Of a stretch of 52,396 nucleotides of DNA, positions 24,056 through 33,217 are shown in pieces. Each line of letters starts with the position of its first letter. Position 1 is the stretch's first letter. The stretch is taken from the NCBI GenBank assembly GCA_038249175.1, contig JBBRWP010000001.1, positions 1 through 52,396 on the forward strand, written 5' to 3'. The notes below the pieces were generated by a model. It was not told the origin of the DNA and ran no database searches. It saw only the letters and a program-made list of their open reading frames with translations. Both the position numbers and the translations under genes were made by a program. The stretch is from Acetivibrionales bacterium (GTDB taxonomy: Bacteria > Bacillota > Clostridia > DSM-8532).

Positions 24056-24096
24056 AACCCCGGGTTCTCCCGGAAAGTATTGAAACCGGGGTTTTT
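24056..24096 (+). promoter_or_regulatory. Terminator-like leader structure 55 nt upstream of the glucan-synthase start
   Basis: AACCCCGG (24056-24063) pairs with CCGGGGTT (24086-24093), followed by TTT. A competing local CCGGG/CCCGG pairing is possible. Confidence 0.4.
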
Positions 24097-24151
24097 ATAC
24101 CAGAAACGAACTGAGACACAACAATAAATGAAGATCCAATAGAAAGAAGGT

Positions 24152-27100
24152 ATGCGATTGCAGTATTCAATTTGGATTCCTACGGCAATTTTAGCGTTGT
24201 TGATGTTATCGGTTGTCGTGTTCCTTATGCGCGTCAGAAAAAATAGGGACTTGAACATACGGTATGCTTCTTTGACAGTAGAGGAACTTGAAAAGCGTGC
24301 CAGGAGAATGGCTCAGGATCATACGATTACCGCAAAACATAATGTACTGAATTGGCCAATCACGCGAATGAATGAAAATTACGACCAGATTTTATCGCTT
24401 TACAAAAGTTTGAATGAAGATATCAATCATAAGCGATCCATACCGCCGGCAGCAGAATGGCTGCTCGATAATTTTTATATTATAGAAGAACAGGTAAAAG
24501 GTGTTCGCGGTGCATTAACAAAAAAAAACCATTATCAGTTGCCCGTTCTTAAAAAAGGACCTTTTCAGGGCTATACCCGTGTATTTGCTATAGCCATAGA
24601 GTTTATTTCTTTCGTTGACGGTCAGGTTGAAGAAGGCACCTTGTTAAGATATCTGGAAGCGTACCAATCACACAGCATCCTTTTTGACAGGGAGATTCGT
24701 GTCCTGCCCATTATGATGCGTATCGCTTTGATCGAGCATGTTCGCTTAACCTGCGAAAAGATTAAAGACACCCAGATTGAATGGAATAAGGCAGATGCGA
24801 TTGTAGACAAATATTGGTCTGATGACGTGTCGGATATGGATAAAACAATGTCTCAGTTTAACACTGTGCTTGAAAAGGAGGGTGAAGCCAATCTTTCCTT
24901 TGTTGAGCATTTGATCTACCGGCTAAGAAGGGCAGGCCGAAGTTACTCAAATATTTCAAGGAAGATCGACGATGTGCTGGACAAGTATGGGTTGACCATC
25001 GAACAAATTGCGCAAAGAGAACATAATGCACAAGCTGTCAGTACGGTATCTTTTGGGAATTGCATTATGAGCTTGAAATATGTATCCAACCTGAACTGGA
25101 GTTATTTTTTTGAATGTGCCAGCTATACTGAAAAAATACTGCAAAGTGATCCGGCCGGCGTCTACTTGTTGATGGATGAAACATCACGTGGCTATTATTT
25201 AAGAAAAATTGAGACACTTGCCAGGGAATATGGAATTGCAGAAATTCGCATTGCCAGGAGCGCTGTTGCGTTGGCAGAAACAGCCGCAGCATTCGGAAAT
25301 CCAGAAAATGAACCGCCCAATATGGTTCATCGAAAAACGCATGTTGGCTATTATTTGCTGGGTGAAGGTTTAAAGCAACTGGAAAGTACACAAGCAGGAA
25401 AGATGAACTTCACCACGCGCCTTTCCAAAAATATCAGAAACCATTATGGGTATCTCTATGCGGGATCCATTGTTTTGATCATGGCCATTCTGATACAAAC
25501 CGCAGGTTATTATGGGTATACTCAACTAGAGGGTAAATCGGTATGGTGGATATTGGCGCTACTTGTTGTTGTTTTTATACCGGCATCGGAGATGGCAATT
25601 TCTTTGGTGAATTGGTTGGTGACATTACTGAAGAAACCCGCAATATTTCCAAAAATTGAGTTTAAAGAAGGCATTCCCGTAGAATACAGCACAATGGTGG
25701 TCGTTCCAACGTTATTGAACAATGAAGCACGCGTTGTTGAACTTCTGAAGCGATTGGAAAACCACTATCTTTCCAATCAGGAACAAAACCTCTATTTTGC
25801 ACTATTGGGTGCGTTTAAAGATTCAAAATCCGCCAATTCTGAAGAAGATCTTGAAATTTTACTTGTAGCGGAACGTGGTGTTGAAGCTTTAAATCTACGC
25901 TATGCAAGGGATAGAGCCCCTGTGTTCTATTTTTATCACCGACAGAGTGTCTATAACAAAAACGATCATTACTGGGCAGGCTGGGAGCGTAAAAGAGGTG
26001 CGCTCATGGAGTTTAATGACTTGCTTTTGGGCTCCTCTGAAACGAGTTTTTCGGACTATTTAAACAATGCGATTCCTATTTCAAAAATAAAATATATCAT
26101 CACTTTAGACGCAGATACGATATTACCTTTGGGGATGGCAAAACGGATGATTGGCGCGATGGCCCATCCACTGAATACACCCCTCATTGATCCAGATAAA
26201 GGAATCGTCGTCGATGGATATGGACTAATGCAGCCACGCATTTCATTTGATGTTGAAAGCTCAAATCGTTCCTTGTTTTCAAGAATATTAACAGGTCAAG
26301 AAGGTATGGATCCTTACGCCAGCGCTATTTCCAACGTTTATCAGGACTTATTCGGGGAAGGTGTTTTCACTGGGAAAGGTATTTATGATCTACAAGTGTT
26401 CAACGAGGTTTTGAAGAACGTTATCCCGGAAAATGCTGTTTTAAGCCATGATTTGCTTGAAGGATCATATGTCAGAGCGGCACTGGTTTCTGATTTGGAA
26501 TTGGTGGATGCCTATCCTACGAAATACAATGCCTATATGGCACGGCTTTACAGGTGGGTGCGTGGAGACTGGCAACTACTTCCATGGCTTGGGAAAACGA
26601 TTGCCAATAAAAATCAGCAAACCATTCATAATGCAATTTCAATGCTCTCGAAATGGAAAATTATAGATAATTTAAGAAGAAGTTTAACTGCTCCCTCAAT
26701 TATGGTTTTACTTATTGCTGGATTGAGTATATTGCCTGGAAATCCATTGGTTTGGATTGGATACGGCTTAGCAGCGATGGCGCTGCCACTCTTCATCCAT
26801 ATCTTCAGTGAAGTTTTTATAAATCCACCTGCGCTCAATTGGGTAAAGCGTTATGTTCGCGGTTTTTTTGGGATCAAATCCTCCCTGTTCCAACTCATCA
26901 TGTCCATTGTATTTTTGCCATATCAATCTGTTATGGCTGTCGGTGCTATATGCACGACATTATATCGTGTTCTTTTTTCCAAGAAAAAAATGCTTGAATG
27001 GGTCACATCGGATGATTCGGAAAGACTTCTAAGCAATACACTAATAAGTTATATCCAATCAATGGGACCCAGTCTCAGTCTAGGATTGATCATGGTGCTT

Positions 27101-30100
27101 TTATCTTATCTATCAAAACTGGAGGATATGGTCCTGGCTATACTTTTGGCAGGCATATGGCTTACTTCGCCTGTCATCGCATATTTTATCAGTAAAAACA
27201 GAGAAGAAAAGGATGAGCAGCTGAAACCAGAGGCATACCTGGAACTTAGAAAAATTATGCGAAGGACATGGCGTTATTTTGAAGAGTTTGCCAATGAAAA
27301 AAACAGCTGGCTGGCACCCGATAATTTTCAAGAAGAACCCAATCGTGGTATCGCGTATAGAACCTCTCCGACAAATATCGGATTGGGGCTTCTGGCAACA
27401 TTAACCGCACGGGATATGGGTTATATTGGTACCGTTAAAATGATTGATTTGTTGGGGAAAACCATATCAACAATTGAAAATATGGAGAAGTGGCACGGTC
27501 ATTTGTATAACTGGTATGATACTCGGTCTTGCGAAACACTGAGACCACGATACATATCCACCGTGGATAGTGGCAACTTTGTTGGTTATCTGACAACATT
27601 AGAACAAGGATTAAGAGGATTCTTCCAGCAAACAGTGGTCGATCCGGCATATGTAAGAGGCATTGAAGATACGCTTGCCAATGCGGCCAGTGATGCATCT
27701 GTCATGTCAATCACGGATATTGGGATGAATAAGGCAGCTTTTGAGGGGAAAATTAGCCTCGATGCCTGGTTAGCCGAACTGAATCAAGTACTGAATAATC
27801 CGGTGCTTTTGAGTTTGAAGGATAAACAATGGCATGGTAAGACCCTTCGGCTTGTGCAATCTTTAAAAAGTGATGTACTGAATTTTGCGCCTTGGTTGGA
27901 ACAAATGAATCAAATGCCCGGGGTTTTAATGGATGAAAGTTTGAGGCTATGCACACAGGAACTTCTTGATTTGCTCCTGGAAAATGGAAAAATCATTGAT
28001 TTGCCTGAAAAAAACGCACAAATTCTGACCCAAATAGAAAAAATTCGGCAGATTCACAATGATTCAGACATTAAGGATGCAGAATCAGAGATAAGTGCAA
28101 CTGTATGGTTGGACAATTTGGAAGAAACAGTGAAGTCAGCACAGGAGTTCGTGCAAGGCTTTATGGATAAATTGGAGACAATCATCGACAAAGTAAATCA
28201 GATGTCCATGGCAACGAATTTCCAGGTGCTTTTTGACAACAAGAGACAACTTTTTTCTATTGGGTTCAGTATAGAAGACAATCGCATGTCGAACTCTTAT
28301 TATGACCTGTTGGCATCCGAAGCGAGGCAGACAAGTTATATAGCGATAGCAAGAGGAGAAGTGCCTGTGAAGCATTGGTTTATGCTAGGCAGATCACTCA
28401 CGGTCGTTGATCATTATAAAGGATTGATTTCGTGGAGCGGGACAATGTTTGAATACCTGATGCCGTTGCTGATCATGAAAAGTTATCACAACACGCTGTT
28501 GGATGAAACGTATTCATTCGTCATAAAATGCCAGAAAAAGTATGGGAAAGAGAGAAATATGCCCTGGGGGATGTCAGAATCTGCATTCAATTCATTGGAT
28601 ATTCATCTGGATTATCAATATAAGGCGATTGGTATACCTTGGATTGGACTAAAAAGAGGTCTGATTGAAGATGCTGTTACAGCACCCTATGCCACGTTCC
28701 TGGCATTCATGGTTGCGCCTCTCGAGGCATACAAAAATATGGAAGCTTTAAAGGCGATCAATGCAGAAGGACCTTACGGATACTACGAAGCGGTGGATTA
28801 TACACCTGAAAGACTGGGCTTTGGCAATAAACCAGTCATAATAAAAAGTTATATGGCCCATCATCAGGGAATGAGTTTGCTGGCGCTGACCAACTACTTG
28901 AATAATAATATTATGCAGAAACGATTTTCAGACGATCCATATGTTAACGCTGCAAAGCTGTTGCTTCAGGAAAGAGTTCCGACAAATGCCGTTTTAAGTA
29001 AAGAGAATATAGAAAAAATTATGCCATTCAAAGGCACAGTATATAAAGAAAAGGCCGTATCCAGAAGTTTTACCAAAATGAATTCCCCCCTGCCAATGGC
29101 TCATATTTTGTCGAATGGCAGTTATTTCGTGATGCTCACGGATAAAGGTACCGGGTACAGCAAAAGTAAAACACTCGCAGTCACAAGATGGCGTGAAGAT
29201 CCTGTGGTGGATAATTATGGTATGTTCTTCTATGTGAAAAACAAAAGCACGAACCAGACATGGTCATCGACGTATTCTCCAGTGAAAACACAGCCGGATA
29301 CTTATGAAGTTGTTTATCAAGCGGACAAGGCTGTTTATAAAAGGACTGATGAAAATATTGAGACGACAACGGAAGTCATCGTAACGTCATCGGATGCAGC
29401 TGAAGTACGAAGAATAAAACTGAAAAATACCGGGCTGGAAACATCGTTGCTGGAAATAACAAGTTATTTTGAAGTGGTTCTGGCACCTCAAAATAGTGAT
29501 GTGGCGCATTCAGCATTCAGTAACTTATTTGTTGAAACGGAGTACAATAAGGATTTGAATGTACTTTTAGCCCATAGACGTCCTAGGAGTACGGAGGATA
29601 ACCCCGTATGGGTTGCACATATGGCTGTGAACGAAGGTGAAACGTTTGGAGAATTGCAGGTTGAAACAGATCGTGCCCAATTCATCGGGCGTGGCCGCAC
29701 TGTGGAAAATCCGATCATGATAGAACGGGATAAGCCATTATCCAATACGGTTGGAACAGTATTGGATCCCGTTTTAAGCATGCGGATTAAATTGAAGATA
29801 GATGGCGGGAAGTCAGTTAGAGTTTCCTTTGTGACCATGATGGCCAATAGTAAAGAAGAAATTATGGAATTAATTATTAAATACAAAAACCTGGAAACGT
29901 GCGATGCTTCGTTTTGGATGGCAATGGCAATGAGTGAAGTTGAAGCGAAATATCTGAATATCAAAGCAGCCGATATGGAAATATACCAAAATATGATCAA
30001 AGACATCCTCTATATCAGTCCTGTAAGAAGGATGAATCATCAAATGATTTCCCAAAACCATAAAGGCCAAACCTCTTTATGGGCATATGGTGTTTCGGGA

Positions 30101-32926
30101 GATTTTCCCATAGTCCTGGTCATTCTGGATAAAACAGATGAAGTTGAGATTTTGTTTGAATTACTCAAAGCGCAAGAATTCTGGCGGATAAAGGATCTGA
30201 AAGTCAATCTGGTTATTCTGATAAAAGAAGAAAACAGTTACACAAATCCATTATCGTCCCTGGTGAAAGAAATCGTCTACGACAGTCAGGTCAGTGGTGC
30301 CCAAAACAATCCGGGAGACATTTTCATCCTTAATGCCAACAATATGGCAGATGGCGATGTGGATCTGATGACAGTAAGTGCACGCTTGATTTTCCTGGGA
30401 GATGGCAGAACAATGGAGCAACAGCTAAATGTTGAACTGCTTTCTGAGCAGATGCCAATCATGGAAAAAGCGACGATGCTTGCACTGGATATTCAGAATA
30501 ATGCGCTTGAACCACTCATTCAAGTGCGTCAATACCTTCATTATTTTAATGACGTGGGTGGTTTTAGTGAAAATGGTGAGTGCTACATCATACAACTTGA
30601 AAATGAACAAACGACACCGGCGCCATGGTCAAATATCATCTCGAATCCCGAGTTTGGATTTATGGTAACTGAGTCCGGGGGTGGCTATACCTGGAGCGGT
30701 AACAGCCGCGAAAACAAGCTGACGCCATGGAGCAACGATGCCGTCAGCGATTCGCCGGGTGAAACGTTCTACATTCGTGATGAATCGCTGGATGTCTGGT
30801 CTATAACACCACAGCCGATTCGGGAAAAAGAACCGTATAAAATAGAACATGGCTTTGGATATACAACATTTCAGCATGCAAGCCATGGCATCCATCAAAA
30901 ACTGGTACAATTTGTACCACTGAAAGGTCGCATTAAAATTAACATCATTGATCTGAAAAATGAAGGGAATGTGCCTAGAAATTTGTGGATAACCTATTAT
31001 GCGACGCCGGTTTTGGGTGTTGAACCAGGTGTGACTGGCATGCATCTAAAGAGTTCGATACTGGAAGCAGGTCCCTTAATCGTTGAAAATCCCTATAACC
31101 AGGAATATATTGGTGAAATGATGTACATGGATGTATCCACAAACAACAGAACCGTTACGGGTGACCGTCATGCGTTTTATGGTCAGGGACATTCAAATGC
31201 TATGGAACCATTAAAACTTACGGGACTTTCAGGAACAGTGGGTGCGGGTTACAACACTTGTATGGCTATGCAGACACAAGTATCCATTGCACCTGGTGAA
31301 ACGTGCAAGATTGTTTTTGTTCTTGGCATGGGTCAGAATGAAGAGGCCGTTGTAGAAGAATCCAGGAAATATCTTTCATATGATGTTGCACTGGAAGCAT
31401 TGAATAATGTGATTACATTTTGGAAAGAGAAACTGCAAATTATTCAGGTAAGTACCCCGGAATCGTCGATGAATTTGATGATGAACGGATGGCTTCTTTA
31501 TCAGACCATTTCATGTCGTTTATGGAGTCGATCCGCATTTTATCAATCGGGAGGGGCCTATGGTTTTCGTGACCAGCTTCAGGATTGTCTTTCTGTGGCA
31601 CATGTTTGGCCTCAAATAACAAGAGAACAGATACTAAAACATGCACAGCACCAATTTAAAGAAGGAGATGTACTGCACTGGTGGCATGAACCAAGCAATA
31701 AAGGCATGAGAACCCGTATCTCAGATGATTATTTATGGCTGCCCTTTGTCACGGCTGAATATATCAAGATTTCAGGGGACGCGGCTATTCTGGATTGTGA
31801 AGTGCCTTTTGTCGTCGATGAACTTTTGAAGGATTATGAAGATGAAAAATACTGTTCGCCGAGAGTCTCCGAGGAAATGGAAACCCTCTACACACATTGT
31901 ATACTGTCTTTAGAGCATGGCCTCAATTTTGGGATAAATGGATTGCCCCTCATGGGTACAGGAGATTGGAACGACGGGATGAACACGGTTGGCAATAAAC
32001 AAAAAGGGGAGAGCGTTTGGCTGGCATGGTTTCTATATGTGACACTTCAAAAATTTATACCTATTTGTATAAAAAAGGGTGATGCAGAACGTGCACACCA
32101 TTACCAGGAAATTTGTGAAAATCTTATCGCTGCTGTTGAAACAGTTGCCTGGGATGGTGAGTGGTATAAACGTGCATTTTTTGATAATGGCGATTCTTTG
32201 GGATCGATTCAAAACAGTGAATGTAAAATTGATTCTCTTGCTCAAACCTGGGCTGTTCTTTCGGGTGCTGCAAATAAAGAAAGAGCAGAAAGAGCCATGC
32301 ATTCACTTGAAGAATACCTTGTCATGAAAGAAGAAGGTTTAATCAAACTGCTGACACCCCCGTTTAATGATGGCAATCTGGAGCCGGGCTATATCAAGGG
32401 CTATGTACCTGGGGTCCGAGAAAATGGCGGTCAGTATACACATGCTGCAACATGGGTCATCGCAGCCTTTGCAAAACTCGGCAATGGCGACAAAGCCCTT
32501 GAATTATTCGGCCTGATCAACCCAATCAATCACACGCGAACCGACCATGAAGTTTCAGTCTATAAAGTGGAACCTTATGTATTGGCAGCAGACGTTTACA
32601 GTGCTTATCCGCATGTAGGAAGAGGGGGGTGGACCTGGTATACGGGCTCATCCAGCTGGATGTATAAAGTGGGGGTTGAAAGTATACTCGGTTTTAACAA
32701 AGAGGGCAGCACGTTGATGATTGAACCATGTATCCCCAAAAAATGGGCGGATTTTTATATGAAATACCGGTATATCGATACGACATATGAAATTAAAGTT
32801 CTGAATCCAAACAACATGAGTCATGGGGTAGAAAGAACAACGCTTGATGGAATTGTTCAAGAGGATCATAAAATATCCTTGATCAATGATGGTGGAAATC
32901 ATTGGGTTGAAGTTGTTATGGGATAA
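24152..32926 (+). CDS. cgs: Cyclic beta-1,2-glucan synthase-like giant protein (N-terminal TM/GT84 glycosyltransferase, central alpha-helical glucan-processing domain, C-terminal GH94 phosphorylase domain)
   Basis: AAEWLLDNFYIIEEQ; ITLDADTILP; SHDLLEG; RWVRGDWQ; TSPTNIGLGLLA; GH94-type FRDQLQD, HWWHE, GDWNDGMN, ENGGQYTHAATW. Several TM segments. 2924 aa uninterrupted. Confidence 0.85.
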   Translation: MRLQYSIWIPTAILALLMLSVVVFLMRVRKNRDLNIRYASLTVEELEKRARRMAQDHTITAKHNVLNWPITRMNENYDQILSLYKSLNEDINHKRSIPPAAEWLLDNFYIIEEQVKGVRGALTKKNHYQLPVLKKGPFQGYTRVFAIAIEFISFVDGQVEEGTLLRYLEAYQSHSILFDREIRVLPIMMRIALIEHVRLTCEKIKDTQIEWNKADAIVDKYWSDDVSDMDKTMSQFNTVLEKEGEANLSFVEHLIYRLRRAGRSYSNISRKIDDVLDKYGLTIEQIAQREHNAQAVSTVSFGNCIMSLKYVSNLNWSYFFECASYTEKILQSDPAGVYLLMDETSRGYYLRKIETLAREYGIAEIRIARSAVALAETAAAFGNPENEPPNMVHRKTHVGYYLLGEGLKQLESTQAGKMNFTTRLSKNIRNHYGYLYAGSIVLIMAILIQTAGYYGYTQLEGKSVWWILALLVVVFIPASEMAISLVNWLVTLLKKPAIFPKIEFKEGIPVEYSTMVVVPTLLNNEARVVELLKRLENHYLSNQEQNLYFALLGAFKDSKSANSEEDLEILLVAERGVEALNLRYARDRAPVFYFYHRQSVYNKNDHYWAGWERKRGALMEFNDLLLGSSETSFSDYLNNAIPISKIKYIITLDADTILPLGMAKRMIGAMAHPLNTPLIDPDKGIVVDGYGLMQPRISFDVESSNRSLFSRILTGQEGMDPYASAISNVYQDLFGEGVFTGKGIYDLQVFNEVLKNVIPENAVLSHDLLEGSYVRAALVSDLELVDAYPTKYNAYMARLYRWVRGDWQLLPWLGKTIANKNQQTIHNAISMLSKWKIIDNLRRSLTAPSIMVLLIAGLSILPGNPLVWIGYGLAAMALPLFIHIFSEVFINPPALNWVKRYVRGFFGIKSSLFQLIMSIVFLPYQSVMAVGAICTTLYRVLFSKKKMLEWVTSDDSERLLSNTLISYIQSMGPSLSLGLIMVLLSYLSKLEDMVLAILLAGIWLTSPVIAYFISKNREEKDEQLKPEAYLELRKIMRRTWRYFEEFANEKNSWLAPDNFQEEPNRGIAYRTSPTNIGLGLLATLTARDMGYIGTVKMIDLLGKTISTIENMEKWHGHLYNWYDTRSCETLRPRYISTVDSGNFVGYLTTLEQGLRGFFQQTVVDPAYVRGIEDTLANAASDASVMSITDIGMNKAAFEGKISLDAWLAELNQVLNNPVLLSLKDKQWHGKTLRLVQSLKSDVLNFAPWLEQMNQMPGVLMDESLRLCTQELLDLLLENGKIIDLPEKNAQILTQIEKIRQIHNDSDIKDAESEISATVWLDNLEETVKSAQEFVQGFMDKLETIIDKVNQMSMATNFQVLFDNKRQLFSIGFSIEDNRMSNSYYDLLASEARQTSYIAIARGEVPVKHWFMLGRSLTVVDHYKGLISWSGTMFEYLMPLLIMKSYHNTLLDETYSFVIKCQKKYGKERNMPWGMSESAFNSLDIHLDYQYKAIGIPWIGLKRGLIEDAVTAPYATFLAFMVAPLEAYKNMEALKAINAEGPYGYYEAVDYTPERLGFGNKPVIIKSYMAHHQGMSLLALTNYLNNNIMQKRFSDDPYVNAAKLLLQERVPTNAVLSKENIEKIMPFKGTVYKEKAVSRSFTKMNSPLPMAHILSNGSYFVMLTDKGTGYSKSKTLAVTRWREDPVVDNYGMFFYVKNKSTNQTWSSTYSPVKTQPDTYEVVYQADKAVYKRTDENIETTTEVIVTSSDAAEVRRIKLKNTGLETSLLEITSYFEVVLAPQNSDVAHSAFSNLFVETEYNKDLNVLLAHRRPRSTEDNPVWVAHMAVNEGETFGELQVETDRAQFIGRGRTVENPIMIERDKPLSNTVGTVLDPVLSMRIKLKIDGGKSVRVSFVTMMANSKEEIMELIIKYKNLETCDASFWMAMAMSEVEAKYLNIKAADMEIYQNMIKDILYISPVRRMNHQMISQNHKGQTSLWAYGVSGDFPIVLVILDKTDEVEILFELLKAQEFWRIKDLKVNLVILIKEENSYTNPLSSLVKEIVYDSQVSGAQNNPGDIFILNANNMADGDVDLMTVSARLIFLGDGRTMEQQLNVELLSEQMPIMEKATMLALDIQNNALEPLIQVRQYLHYFNDVGGFSENGECYIIQLENEQTTPAPWSNIISNPEFGFMVTESGGGYTWSGNSRENKLTPWSNDAVSDSPGETFYIRDESLDVWSITPQPIREKEPYKIEHGFGYTTFQHASHGIHQKLVQFVPLKGRIKINIIDLKNEGNVPRNLWITYYATPVLGVEPGVTGMHLKSSILEAGPLIVENPYNQEYIGEMMYMDVSTNNRTVTGDRHAFYGQGHSNAMEPLKLTGLSGTVGAGYNTCMAMQTQVSIAPGETCKIVFVLGMGQNEEAVVEESRKYLSYDVALEALNNVITFWKEKLQIIQVSTPESSMNLMMNGWLLYQTISCRLWSRSAFYQSGGAYGFRDQLQDCLSVAHVWPQITREQILKHAQHQFKEGDVLHWWHEPSNKGMRTRISDDYLWLPFVTAEYIKISGDAAILDCEVPFVVDELLKDYEDEKYCSPRVSEEMETLYTHCILSLEHGLNFGINGLPLMGTGDWNDGMNTVGNKQKGESVWLAWFLYVTLQKFIPICIKKGDAERAHHYQEICENLIAAVETVAWDGEWYKRAFFDNGDSLGSIQNSECKIDSLAQTWAVLSGAANKERAERAMHSLEEYLVMKEEGLIKLLTPPFNDGNLEPGYIKGYVPGVRENGGQYTHAATWVIAAFAKLGNGDKALELFGLINPINHTRTDHEVSVYKVEPYVLAADVYSAYPHVGRGGWTWYTGSSSWMYKVGVESILGFNKEGSTLMIEPCIPKKWADFYMKYRYIDTTYEIKVLNPNNMSHGVERTTLDGIVQEDHKISLINDGGNHWVEVVMG

Positions 32927-32961
32927 TCTGTATCGCTAATGGACACATTAATGCTGTTGAG

Positions 32962-33019
32962 CCAGCAGCACCTATCCGAACAACTCTCGTGGGAATGACC
33001 ATTCCCTGCACCAGCTGCA
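32962..33019 (+). pseudogene. Decayed partial copy of the tRNA-Gly 3' half (anticodon arm to acceptor/CCA)
   Basis: CCAGC..TCCGAA..TCTCGTGGG..ATTCCC..CACCAGCTGCA aligns by eye to tRNA positions 23670-23718. No 5' acceptor or D arm is present. Confidence 0.5.
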
Positions 33020-33026
33020 AAAGAAA

Positions 33027-33053
33027 GCGTAACATAAGTTGCGTCTTTTTTTT
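33027..33053 (+). terminator. Terminator after the glucan-synthase gene, related in sequence to the tRNA-Gly terminator
   Basis: GCGTAAC-ATAA-GTTGCGT(C) plus T8. Shares the 16-nt core AAGTTGCGTCTTTTTT with 23735-23751. Confidence 0.7.
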
Positions 33054-33217
33054 GTACATGAGTAAGGATGTGTTATGATAAGGATAAATAATCATCTTGT
33101 GAAAAGGTACACTTTGCTTTGACTTGTTGTAGACACAGTGATATGTGTGCTGTATGCTGAAGGTTATTGAAAGAAATACAGTTACTTTATTTTTGTTGTA
33201 TACCGGGAGGAAATACT

